33,969 bases of DNA from a virus (taxonomy: Duplodnaviria; Caudoviricetes). Both the position numbers and the translations under genes were made by a program. The notes beneath the pieces were generated by a model. It saw only the letters and a program-made list of their open reading frames with translations. It did no database searches and had not been told where the DNA came from. The stretch covers positions 1-33,969 of the IMG/VR virus record IMGVR_UViG_3300035676_000528. The stretch is one strand, 5' to 3'. Position 1 is the first letter of the stretch; each line of letters starts with the position of its first letter. Shown here piece by piece: positions 8,943-15,165 of the stretch.

Positions 8943-9453
8943 GCGCTGCTGCGTCTTCTACCGCAGCGGGTCGTATTACTCGCATCGACGCTCAGACACG
9001 CACCGCGACACCCTGGCACATAACCAGGACCGATTCGGTGCGCTGACGGTCAGGTGCAAGATCTGCGAGGAGCCATATCCGACGGGGGGCTACTCCGAGC
9101 ACGCCCAATGGGAGCAGCACGTCAGGCTCACGAAAGCCGGAAGCAGACGCCTGCTCCGGGGCATCGCGCTCGCTACCTACGCCAATCGCCTGAGGAGGAT
9201 CAGCGCTGCCGTCATGAGCGGAGTCACGATGGCGGAGGTAGGCAGGCAGTTCGGGATCACGAAGCAGCGCGTCCACCAGATCGCCAAGGATGCGCGGATC
9301 AAGAAGCCGATCTACGTCCGGCGAATACCAGCCACGAGGTGCTACCTCTGCGACGAGGCATTCACCTCGTGGTCAGACCACGCCATTGGTCCAGAGCACA
9401 TTCGTCGGAGGGACGAGATCGGAAACTTCATCCGGAAGTACCGTCCCTCATGA
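8929..9453 (+). CDS. Protein with three C2H2 (U1/matrin-spacing) zinc fingers and a sigma70 region-4-like HTH
   Basis: Cx2C-x11-H-x5-H twice and Cx2C-x9-H-x5-H once. The HTH is GVTMAEVGRQFGITKQRVHQIA. Confidence 0.75.
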   Translation: MPECKRCCVFYRSGSYYSHRRSDTHRDTLAHNQDRFGALTVRCKICEEPYPTGGYSEHAQWEQHVRLTKAGSRRLLRGIALATYANRLRRISAAVMSGVTMAEVGRQFGITKQRVHQIAKDARIKKPIYVRRIPATRCYLCDEAFTSWSDHAIGPEHIRRRDEIGNFIRKYRPS

Positions 9454-9880
9454 ACGTGCCGGGGGCGCTGGGCTTAAGCGGGGCACACGCCCCCCTTGCG
9501 GGGAGGCGTGGGTGCCGTACGGCCTTGGGGAATCGCGTACGCACCTTCCGAGAGGCTGGCCCCTGGTCTGCCTTTACGCCATCGCCTCTCGCGCCCGCTG
9601 TTCACCACAGCGCAGGACGGGGGTTCACGTGGAATCAGGGTGGTGCAAGCGCACCTCCGGGTCTATCTCCCGGCTCGTCCACGCCCGATGCACCACTTCG
9701 GCTTGCGCCTATCCTGGGCTTTACGGATGGAGTACGATATTCCTACATCGAGGATTGCGTGGAACCCTCGATGGGCTGGACCGCCGAGGCTGGAGAGCGC
9801 TTCGGCGGTCCTTTCTTTACGGGGCTCTCCAGCCGGCATAGTCTACGCCCCCGCCGGGGGCCGTACATGGCGATTCTGCA
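9454..9880 (+). ncRNA. Candidate large structured RNA of unknown class (strand assumed from the operon)
   Basis: At least six hairpins, long-range pairing of 9517-9541 with 9859-9876, and crossing 10-bp and 11-bp perfect helices at 9778-9834. This is the only long gap lacking a protein-like ORF in the + arm. Confidence 0.45.
9778..9818 (+). terminator. Terminator-like hairpin with a competing or pseudoknot pairing
   Basis: GGACCGCCGA/TCGGCGGTCC stem followed by TTTCTTT. Confidence 0.5.
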
Positions 9881-9906
9881 GCCGTTATCGTGAGGAGGAA
9901 CAGCCC

Positions 9907-10413
9907 GTGCCACGCCCGGGCCAGGACAAGTGGCCCTGTGTCTTCCGCGGGATCTTCATCAGGGAGGTCGTCGATCCGAAGGTCAAGCGGGCCTACGATG
10001 CCGAGAAGAAGAAGGCCAACTTCGGCGATCTTCGACGGACATGGAGGGAGGAACACTGCAAGACACTCAATCCGTATGGGTCAGACACCTGCCCATATCC
10101 AGAGCACGACTGCGCCCTGGCCTTCTACAAGGCAGCGACTGACGCAGCCGTCGCAGACAACCCCGGTGGTGCGTTTCGCCGTAAGGCCCGCATCATGGCC
10201 CTCGACCGGGCCGAGAACAAACCGCTGAGCCGAGATGCGCCGACACGCGAAGCGCGATCCGGTGACGCCGGACCTGCGCCTGCAGATCTTCGAGAGGGAT
10301 CAGGGGTGTATCGCCCCCCGACTCGACCTGTCCGAATCGGGTCGATGTTCGGGACGGCTCACGCTAGACCACGTCAAGGACAAGCCGATGATGGGAAAGC
10401 GAGCCCCAAGTGA
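9907..10413 (+). CDS. Hypothetical protein (168 aa) with a Cys/His cluster
   Basis: GAGGAGG 8 nt before GTG 9907. The first 110 aa or so look globular (HC...TCPYPEHDC, NPGGAFRR). The tail overlapping the next ORF is low in complexity. Confidence 0.7.
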   Translation: MPRPGQDKWPCVFRGIFIREVVDPKVKRAYDAEKKKANFGDLRRTWREEHCKTLNPYGSDTCPYPEHDCALAFYKAATDAAVADNPGGAFRRKARIMALDRAENKPLSRDAPTREARSGDAGPAPADLREGSGVYRPPTRPVRIGSMFGTAHARPRQGQADDGKASPK

Positions 10414-10519
10414 CCGAGCCCACCTTGTCGTCCTCTGTGAATGGCACCACCTCTGGAGCGGATGGGCAACCGCCAATCGACCCATCCTACGTGCTTATCT
10501 CCAGTCTCGGGAGTCGTGA
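10235..10519 (+). CDS. HNH-like endonuclease, fully overlapped by its neighbours
   Basis: LRLQIFERDQGC...C.GRLTLDHV...HLVVLCEWHH follows the small phage HNH pattern. Confidence 0.7.
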   Translation: MRRHAKRDPVTPDLRLQIFERDQGCIAPRLDLSESGRCSGRLTLDHVKDKPMMGKRAPSDRAHLVVLCEWHHLWSGWATANRPILRAYLQSRES

Positions 10520-10721
10520 GGTCCTGATCCTCGGCCCGGCCCGCTGTCAGGGCTGCGGCCTCCTGGTCTTTCTGTGGACGGACATGATCTGGCGCGACCC
10601 GAACCGTCGGGAGCACCACTGCAATCCAGCCAAAGCGCGCCACGTGGCCCAGGTGGGCCTCGACCGCTACCGCCCGCTCCATGAGCTGATCCCCCAGGCT
10701 CCAGAGGGCTACGAGTGGTAA
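10410..10721 (+). CDS. Hypothetical zinc-ribbon protein (start uncertain)
   Basis: RCQGCG...W.D...HHC. GTG 10410 overlaps the stop of 9907..10413. Confidence 0.55.
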   Translation: MTEPTLSSSVNGTTSGADGQPPIDPSYVLISSLGSREVLILGPARCQGCGLLVFLWTDMIWRDPNRREHHCNPAKARHVAQVGLDRYRPLHELIPQAPEGYEW

Positions 10722-11122
10722 AAGGGCATATCCAGCGGCTCTACGACCGCCGGGCTCTCTACTTCAACCGCAAGGCCATCTCGATGGGTCTCCACGGCAC
10801 CGTGACGGCCGAGGAGCTGGTCGTCCTGCCGCTGGTCTGTCACTACTGCGGGATCGGCTTGACGCACTCCCTGACGGAGTTCGACCACCAGATCCCGTTC
10901 GAGCGGGGCGGCTCGAACACGATCGACAACATCGTCCGCTGCTGCAAACACTGCAACGGGACGAAGTTCACCAAGACGCCGACGGAGTTTCTCGAATTCC
11001 AGGAAGAGCCATTTCTTTGCATTGTGTGCGGTCGTTCTTTCCGACCACGATACAGTGACTGGAAGCGCGGTTACGGAACGACCTGCAGCCGGAAGTGTGC
11101 CGCCAAGAAGAGGTTCCTATGA
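10715..11122 (+). CDS. HNH endonuclease with a C-terminal treble-clef-type zinc finger
   Basis: CHYCG...FDHQIPFERGGSNTIDNIVRCCKHCN, then CIVCGRSF...TCSRKC. Confidence 0.9.
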   Translation: MVKGHIQRLYDRRALYFNRKAISMGLHGTVTAEELVVLPLVCHYCGIGLTHSLTEFDHQIPFERGGSNTIDNIVRCCKHCNGTKFTKTPTEFLEFQEEPFLCIVCGRSFRPRYSDWKRGYGTTCSRKCAAKKRFL

Positions 11123-11322
11123 CCAGACTCATGCTGGCCCTCGGGGTGACGGGGTTGACCTTCGTCATCCTGCTCGGGCTGTATCTCCTCTACACGTTTA
11201 TCGGTGAGATGGTCTGGATGCTGGCCATCGCCGCTCTCGCAGCTGGGGCGGGCATCTGGCTCGCAGATTGGGTGACCGAGAAGTGGGCCGAGCGCCAGAA
11301 GGAGCGCACCAAGGAGGGCTGA
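11119..11322 (+). CDS. Small membrane protein (two TM helices, 67 aa)
   Basis: ATGA overlap and GAGG RBS. Two long hydrophobic stretches followed by a charged tail. Confidence 0.7.
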   Translation: MTRLMLALGVTGLTFVILLGLYLLYTFIGEMVWMLAIAALAAGAGIWLADWVTEKWAERQKERTKEG

Positions 11323-11714
11323 ACCCCTGGGTCGTCGAGATCCCGGGTCAGCCGATCTCCGTCAACCACCTGTATCGCCAGACGTTGGTGAGGAGGGGGG
11401 ATCGGACGGTACGGGCGCTGCGCAAGGACGACGGGGTGGAGAACTACCAGGTTCTCGCCTCGATGTGCACGAAGATGGCGGTGCCCAAACCGTGGAAGGA
11501 GTATCTGGCCGGCAGTCCCAAGGAGTACATCAGGATGCGCTACTGGTTCTTCTTGAACCACGACATGGACTGCTCGAACGCGTTCAAGGCGCTCGAAGAC
11601 GCTATCGCCCATGCCCTCGGGATCAATGACAAGCGCTTCCTCCCCTGCGCCGTCGCCAAGACGACCGGGAACAAGGAGCCCTACGTCAAGGTCGAGGTGA
11701 GCGTTGATGGATAA
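11319..11714 (+). CDS. rusA: RusA-family Holliday junction resolvase (start uncertain: CTG 11319, GTG 11283 or TTG 11268)
   Basis: VEIPGQPISVNHLY, DCSNAFKALEDAI...GINDKRF and PYVKVEV match the RusA layout (D-x-x-N-x-x-K-x3-D). Confidence 0.8.
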   Translation: MNPWVVEIPGQPISVNHLYRQTLVRRGDRTVRALRKDDGVENYQVLASMCTKMAVPKPWKEYLAGSPKEYIRMRYWFFLNHDMDCSNAFKALEDAIAHALGINDKRFLPCAVAKTTGNKEPYVKVEVSVDG

Positions 11715-11889
11715 GCAGATTCCAGCCCATGAGCCACGGGAGCCGTTTCTCAGGATGACAAGATGGAAGAAGGTCAAGAAGACAAACGGCTCGGAGTGGC
11801 AGTCGTCGGCGACGCACTGCTCCCTGTGCGGGGCCAAGGTCTATCTGGACGGGGACAGGTGGGTGCACCTTCCGAGGCCGGACAAATAG
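11707..11889 (+). CDS. Small zinc-ribbon protein
   Basis: GAGGTG RBS. THCSLCGAKVYL...WVH, with an N-terminal His. Confidence 0.55.
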   Translation: MDKQIPAHEPREPFLRMTRWKKVKKTNGSEWQSSATHCSLCGAKVYLDGDRWVHLPRPDK

Positions 11890-11905
11890 AAGGACAAATA
11901 GAAGG
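11880..11905. repeat. 12-bp tandem duplication (GGACAAATAGAA x2)
   Basis: Exact repeat at 11880-11891 and 11892-11903, plus GG. Confidence 0.9.
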
Positions 11906-11912
11906 CGACTTG

Positions 11913-12005
11913 ATGCTTCTTATCTGGATACTTGACGAGTTGCTGAGGCAGCACCTCCGGAACACCCTGTGGAGGGGAGTACATGAACATAGCGATCATC
12001 GGTAG
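11913..12005 (+). CDS. Possible 30-aa peptide
   Basis: MLLIWILDELLRQHLRNTLWRGVHEHSDHR after a weak GAAGG site. It fills the gap but has no other support. Confidence 0.3.
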   Translation: MLLIWILDELLRQHLRNTLWRGVHEHSDHR

Positions 12006-12366
12006 CAGGACGTTCCCCCTGACCAAGGGGGTCGGCTACATCTTCGAGCTGATCGCAGGGCTGCGAGCCAACGACAGGGTCCTGGTGCGGCCATCCGAGG
12101 GCGTCGATTACATCGCCAAGACGCTCGCCGGGGCACTCGATATCCCCGTCACGGAATTCAGGGCAACAGGCGGTCGGGAACTCGTCTTCAAGCGGGACGA
12201 GGACCTAGTTGCATATGCCGACCGTATTGAGGCATTCTTTGACCCGGATCACGTCATGGAAGGCGGGACCGGACATATCGTGGAGGTGGCGCTCAGATCC
12301 GGGAAGCCGGTCAGGGCGTGGACGGTCCGCGATGGGGAGCTGGAACTGGTCGGAAGCGATACGTGA
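11983..12366 (+). CDS. SLOG-superfamily nucleotide-binding protein (YspA/DUF2493-like)
   Basis: MNIAIIGSRTF, EGVDYIAK, KRDEDLVAYADRIEAFFD and GGTGHIVEVALRSGKPV. GGAG RBS. Confidence 0.82.
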   Translation: MNIAIIGSRTFPLTKGVGYIFELIAGLRANDRVLVRPSEGVDYIAKTLAGALDIPVTEFRATGGRELVFKRDEDLVAYADRIEAFFDPDHVMEGGTGHIVEVALRSGKPVRAWTVRDGELELVGSDT

Positions 12367-12818
12367 AGATCGACGAGGCACAATTGCGCCGCGCCACTGA
12401 ACTCGTATCCTTCTTGGCGTCCGAGTATTACGAAGAAATTCCGCTCCGCATCCACACGAGGGGCACCGATAACCAGTCCCGTATCGGTGCCCCTCCCTTT
12501 GCGCCCGAGTTCATCAAGTGGATCGACGCCGGCTCCGACGACGAGCGCTACAAGGACAAGCGGGCCCGCCAGCGGGGCGAGTACACGAGCCACGATCACC
12601 GACAACGGGTGACCCGGGTGATGCGGGAGATCCGGCGGGTGGCGCCCAGGGAATACTTCGTCCTGAGCCTCGCCACCACCAAGGCGATGAGCGTCGGCCA
12701 GATCGCCACCGCCATGAACGATCGTGCCGAGCAACGTGGGCTGGAGGAGCGCTACACCGTCAACGACGTGACGGCGCTGCTGCTTCTCGCCCTGAGCAAG
12801 GCGGTCGCCTGGTACTGA
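12363..12818 (+). CDS. Putative transcriptional regulator (sigma region-4-like C-terminus; possible late activator)
   Basis: GTGA overlap. PREYFVLSLATTKAMSVGQIATAMN resembles a region-4 HTH. It is the last gene of the early arm. Confidence 0.5.
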   Translation: MKIDEAQLRRATELVSFLASEYYEEIPLRIHTRGTDNQSRIGAPPFAPEFIKWIDAGSDDERYKDKRARQRGEYTSHDHRQRVTRVMREIRRVAPREYFVLSLATTKAMSVGQIATAMNDRAEQRGLEERYTVNDVTALLLLALSKAVAWY

Positions 12819-12821
12819 GCA

Positions 12822-12866
12822 CAAAAAGAAGGCCCCGGCCTGCTTGGTGAGTAGCAGACCGGGGCC
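12822..12866 (-). terminator. Intrinsic terminator of the late (-) operon, between the convergent arms
   Basis: 14-bp stem 12831-12844/12853-12866, whose single C.A mismatch becomes G.U on the - strand. It is followed on the - strand by TTCTTTTTG. Confidence 0.85.
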
Positions 12867-12921
12867 ATGTCCCCGTAAAGACAGGGACGATTGTGCTCTA
12901 TGCGGTTCCAGAACGCAAGCC

Positions 12922-13503
12922 TTAAATGATCCCGTAGATATGGAGCAGGGTGGTAGCGGCGAAGATGCCCAGGGTGATGAGGATGCCGACCATCCAGCGG
13001 TTGTTCTGAGCAATCTTTTCCATCAGGGCACTAGTTGCATCCTGCCTGACGGTCACCTTTTCCTCGGCGATGATCTTCTCGTCGTAGTTCTCGAACTTGG
13101 CGTCGACTCTCTCGATCAGCGCCGCATGTTCTCGTTCGAAACGGCCGACCGACATGAGCTGGTGGCTACTGGTCTCTAGCGCTTCGATGTCCCTCCGCAA
13201 GGATGACATCTCTGACAGGAGCGACGAAGTAGCCTTGTCGATAGCCGTATCGGTGAGGATGTGCTCCCGCTCATGAAATTCTCGGTGTTCATTGTTGAGG
13301 GCTGCCAGGGTCTCGAACTGGGAGTTGGTGATCTGCCGCTCGTACGCGAGAGCAGCGTCTCGAATGGCGACCTGAGATGCGAGAGCTTGATCAGATAGGC
13401 GTCGCTCATAATCGATACTTTGGTCGACGAGTTCACGGTGCGCATTGACTTCACGCTTGGCGATCTCTCGTTCATAGTTGACTGCTTGGCGGATCTTGCT
13501 CAC
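12922..13503 (-). CDS. Coiled-coil protein with a C-terminal TM anchor (lysis-associated, holin/XhlA-like position)
   Basis: GGAGG RBS. Helical YER repeats and the terminal hydrophobic segment RWMVGILITLGIFAATTLL. Confidence 0.7.
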   Translation of the reverse strand: MSKIRQAVNYEREIAKREVNAHRELVDQSIDYERRLSDQALASQVAIRDAALAYERQITNSQFETLAALNNEHREFHEREHILTDTAIDKATSSLLSEMSSLRRDIEALETSSHQLMSVGRFEREHAALIERVDAKFENYDEKIIAEEKVTVRQDATSALMEKIAQNNRWMVGILITLGIFAATTLLHIYGII

Positions 13504-13678
13504 GCTGACCTCCAGCTAACGCCGGGTGGTGGCGCTTCCTTGGCCGAGCGGAGATCAGCTCTGAGCCGCAGTTGGGGCATTTAACGGCCTTGTTGCCCGG
13601 GATTTTGAGCATGCCGAAGTAGGAGGTTGGCGGGCATTTCGGGCATTTCAGGGGTAGGCCGTATCCATGCCCGTCCAT
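13472..13678 (-). CDS. Small zinc-ribbon protein
   Basis: LKCPKC...VKCPNCG. Fits between the protease and the TM protein. Confidence 0.6.
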   Translation of the reverse strand: MDGHGYGLPLKCPKCPPTSYFGMLKIPGNKAVKCPNCGSELISARPRKRHHPALAGGQREQDPPSSQL

Positions 13679-13694
13679 GGATCAGGCCGTGCCG

Positions 13695-14432
13695 CTAAGC
13701 ATCGAGGGCCTTCCAGATTTCCCAGATCGCATTCATGTATGCGTAGGGGAGGAAGGCATCGCCGCTGGCGCCCCACGTCGAGCCGAAGCTGTTGCGGAGC
13801 CGCAGCGCCTTGCGGTTGTCGTCCCAGCCGTCGATGACGATCGCGTGGCCACCGACCTTGTAGTCGGGGCGCCGCATGATGTAGTTGACGTTGCTCTCCG
13901 GGCTGATGTTCCAGGAGTGATACCAGGCCATGGCGCAGACGATCTCGCCATAGGTCTTGACGGCGGTCTTGATGGCCGTGGTGCTCTTGGAGACGGCGTA
14001 GTACGACTTGATCTTGTGCTTGGACGGCTGGCCGATGGATACGACCGGGTAGCCGACCCGAAGGAGCCGATCCATGGCGCTACGGAGGTAGGCGCCGTTC
14101 TGCGTTCCGCCGATCTGGCGGAAGAACAGGGACTCGTCGAAATTCCAGAACTTGGCCGGGCTCTGGTCGTCGCGGTCCTGGTAGGACTTCAGCGACGAGG
14201 TCGAGTAGGCCACGCACTGCGGCGTCGAGCCCTGGTTCAGGATGGGCGGGCGGTTTGGCACGACGTAGGTCGTCGGCAGGCTCACACCCTGGGGATCAAT
14301 CCCCTGAGCTTCGTACAGCTCTTCAATCTGCCAGTCTCGCTCGTCGGGCGGAGACTGCTCGGCACCCGGGTTGAATTCCTGGGCGAGGGAAACCGTGATG
14401 GTTTCCTTTTCCGAGACGAGTTCTTTTTCCAT
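13695..14432 (-). CDS. Papain-like (C1 family) cysteine peptidase in the endolysin position
   Basis: NQGSTPQCVAYS (oxyanion Q, catalytic C), GGHAIVIDGWDD (H) and LRNSFGSTWGASG (N). AGGAG RBS; directly follows the holin. Confidence 0.9.
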   Translation of the reverse strand: MEKELVSEKETITVSLAQEFNPGAEQSPPDERDWQIEELYEAQGIDPQGVSLPTTYVVPNRPPILNQGSTPQCVAYSTSSLKSYQDRDDQSPAKFWNFDESLFFRQIGGTQNGAYLRSAMDRLLRVGYPVVSIGQPSKHKIKSYYAVSKSTTAIKTAVKTYGEIVCAMAWYHSWNISPESNVNYIMRRPDYKVGGHAIVIDGWDDNRKALRLRNSFGSTWGASGDAFLPYAYMNAIWEIWKALDA

Positions 14433-14441
14433 CGCGTCTCC

Positions 14442-14771
14442 TTACTTGACGATGCTGGTGGCTGCGGTGAGGCGTTGGTCGAACGACAGTGATCCGTCGT
14501 CTTCGGCCAGCAGGTTGTTCCAGATGATGTTGTAGGCGGCTGCGCCGACGACCGTGGCGATGGTGATGAGCTGCACCACGTTCTCAATGCTCAGCTCGGC
14601 ACCGGACAGCAGCGCCCCGAACACGCCAACGACGACATAGCAGATGAATGCGATGACGGCGTTGATGGAGCGGGAGAAGCCCTGCTGCTTGATCAGCGCG
14701 ATGAGGATCGGGCTGATGGCCGAGAAGATGATGAACGCGGTGTTCTGCATGGGGTCAAGGACGGGGTCCAC
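14442..14771 (-). CDS. Putative holin (three TM helices)
   Basis: AGGAGG RBS before GTG. Three hydrophobic segments, including PILIALIKQ. Lies after the tail genes. Confidence 0.78.
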   Translation of the reverse strand: MDPVLDPMQNTAFIIFSAISPILIALIKQQGFSRSINAVIAFICYVVVGVFGALLSGAELSIENVVQLITIATVVGAAAYNIIWNNLLAEDDGSLSFDQRLTAATSIVK

Positions 14772-14922
14772 TGCTACCTCCTATGTGTTCTGCCTGGGCG
14801 ACATCGCAAATGGGCATAGAACCTCCATGGTTCCGGGGGTCCTGATAGGAGGGAGAGCGGTCGTGCATGGCACGATTGGCCCAGAAGGGCGTATCAGGCT
14901 GGGATAAGTGTACCCCGGCCGA

Positions 14923-15165
14923 TCAGCTTGCTACAGCGTCTGCGTAGAAAGATCCTGTCATCGTGTCGAGCGTGATGGCGTCCGCAGAGAAGCTGTAGAT
15001 CCCCGCCTTGTTCTCCAGGACGGCGAGGCGCGCTAGCGCATCCTCAAGAAGCGCGTCGAGCAGCGACCCCGGGAGGTACCGCTCAAGGGCCTCCGCCAGC
15101 GCGATGACGCTGGGTGGCTCAGTCCCGTGGTGGTCGAGATCCCGGTCGTGCGTCGCTCTGCTCAT
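14923..15165 (-). CDS. Small virion-associated protein with two C-terminal FSADA repeats
   Basis: ATGA overlap. A short coiled coil (LARLAVLE) precedes SFSADAITLDTMTG-SFYADAV. Confidence 0.65.
   Translation of the reverse strand: MSRATHDRDLDHHGTEPPSVIALAEALERYLPGSLLDALLEDALARLAVLENKAGIYSFSADAITLDTMTGSFYADAVAS

Noticed and set aside
9461-9855. tmRNA or tRNA-like molecule suggested by GGGGGCG...CGCCCCC-GCC ends, a length of about 395 nt and a pseudoknot
   Set aside because: There is no T-arm (TTCRA loop) before the 3' strand, no G3.U wobble and no CCA end. Kept only as an unclassified structured element.
9496-9906. N-terminal 137-aa extension of the 305-aa ORF
   Set aside because: It has a TTG start inside a hairpin and an Arg-rich, non-globular sequence. 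A strong GAGGAGG RBS precedes GTG 9907.
12819-12921. Integration site or prophage boundary at the strand switch
   Set aside because: No integrase, tRNA or host genes are present. The gap is explained by a terminator.
14841-14898. Hammerhead ribozyme or known riboswitch
   Set aside because: CTGATA is present, but the CUGANGA/GAAA core and known riboswitch consensus motifs are not.
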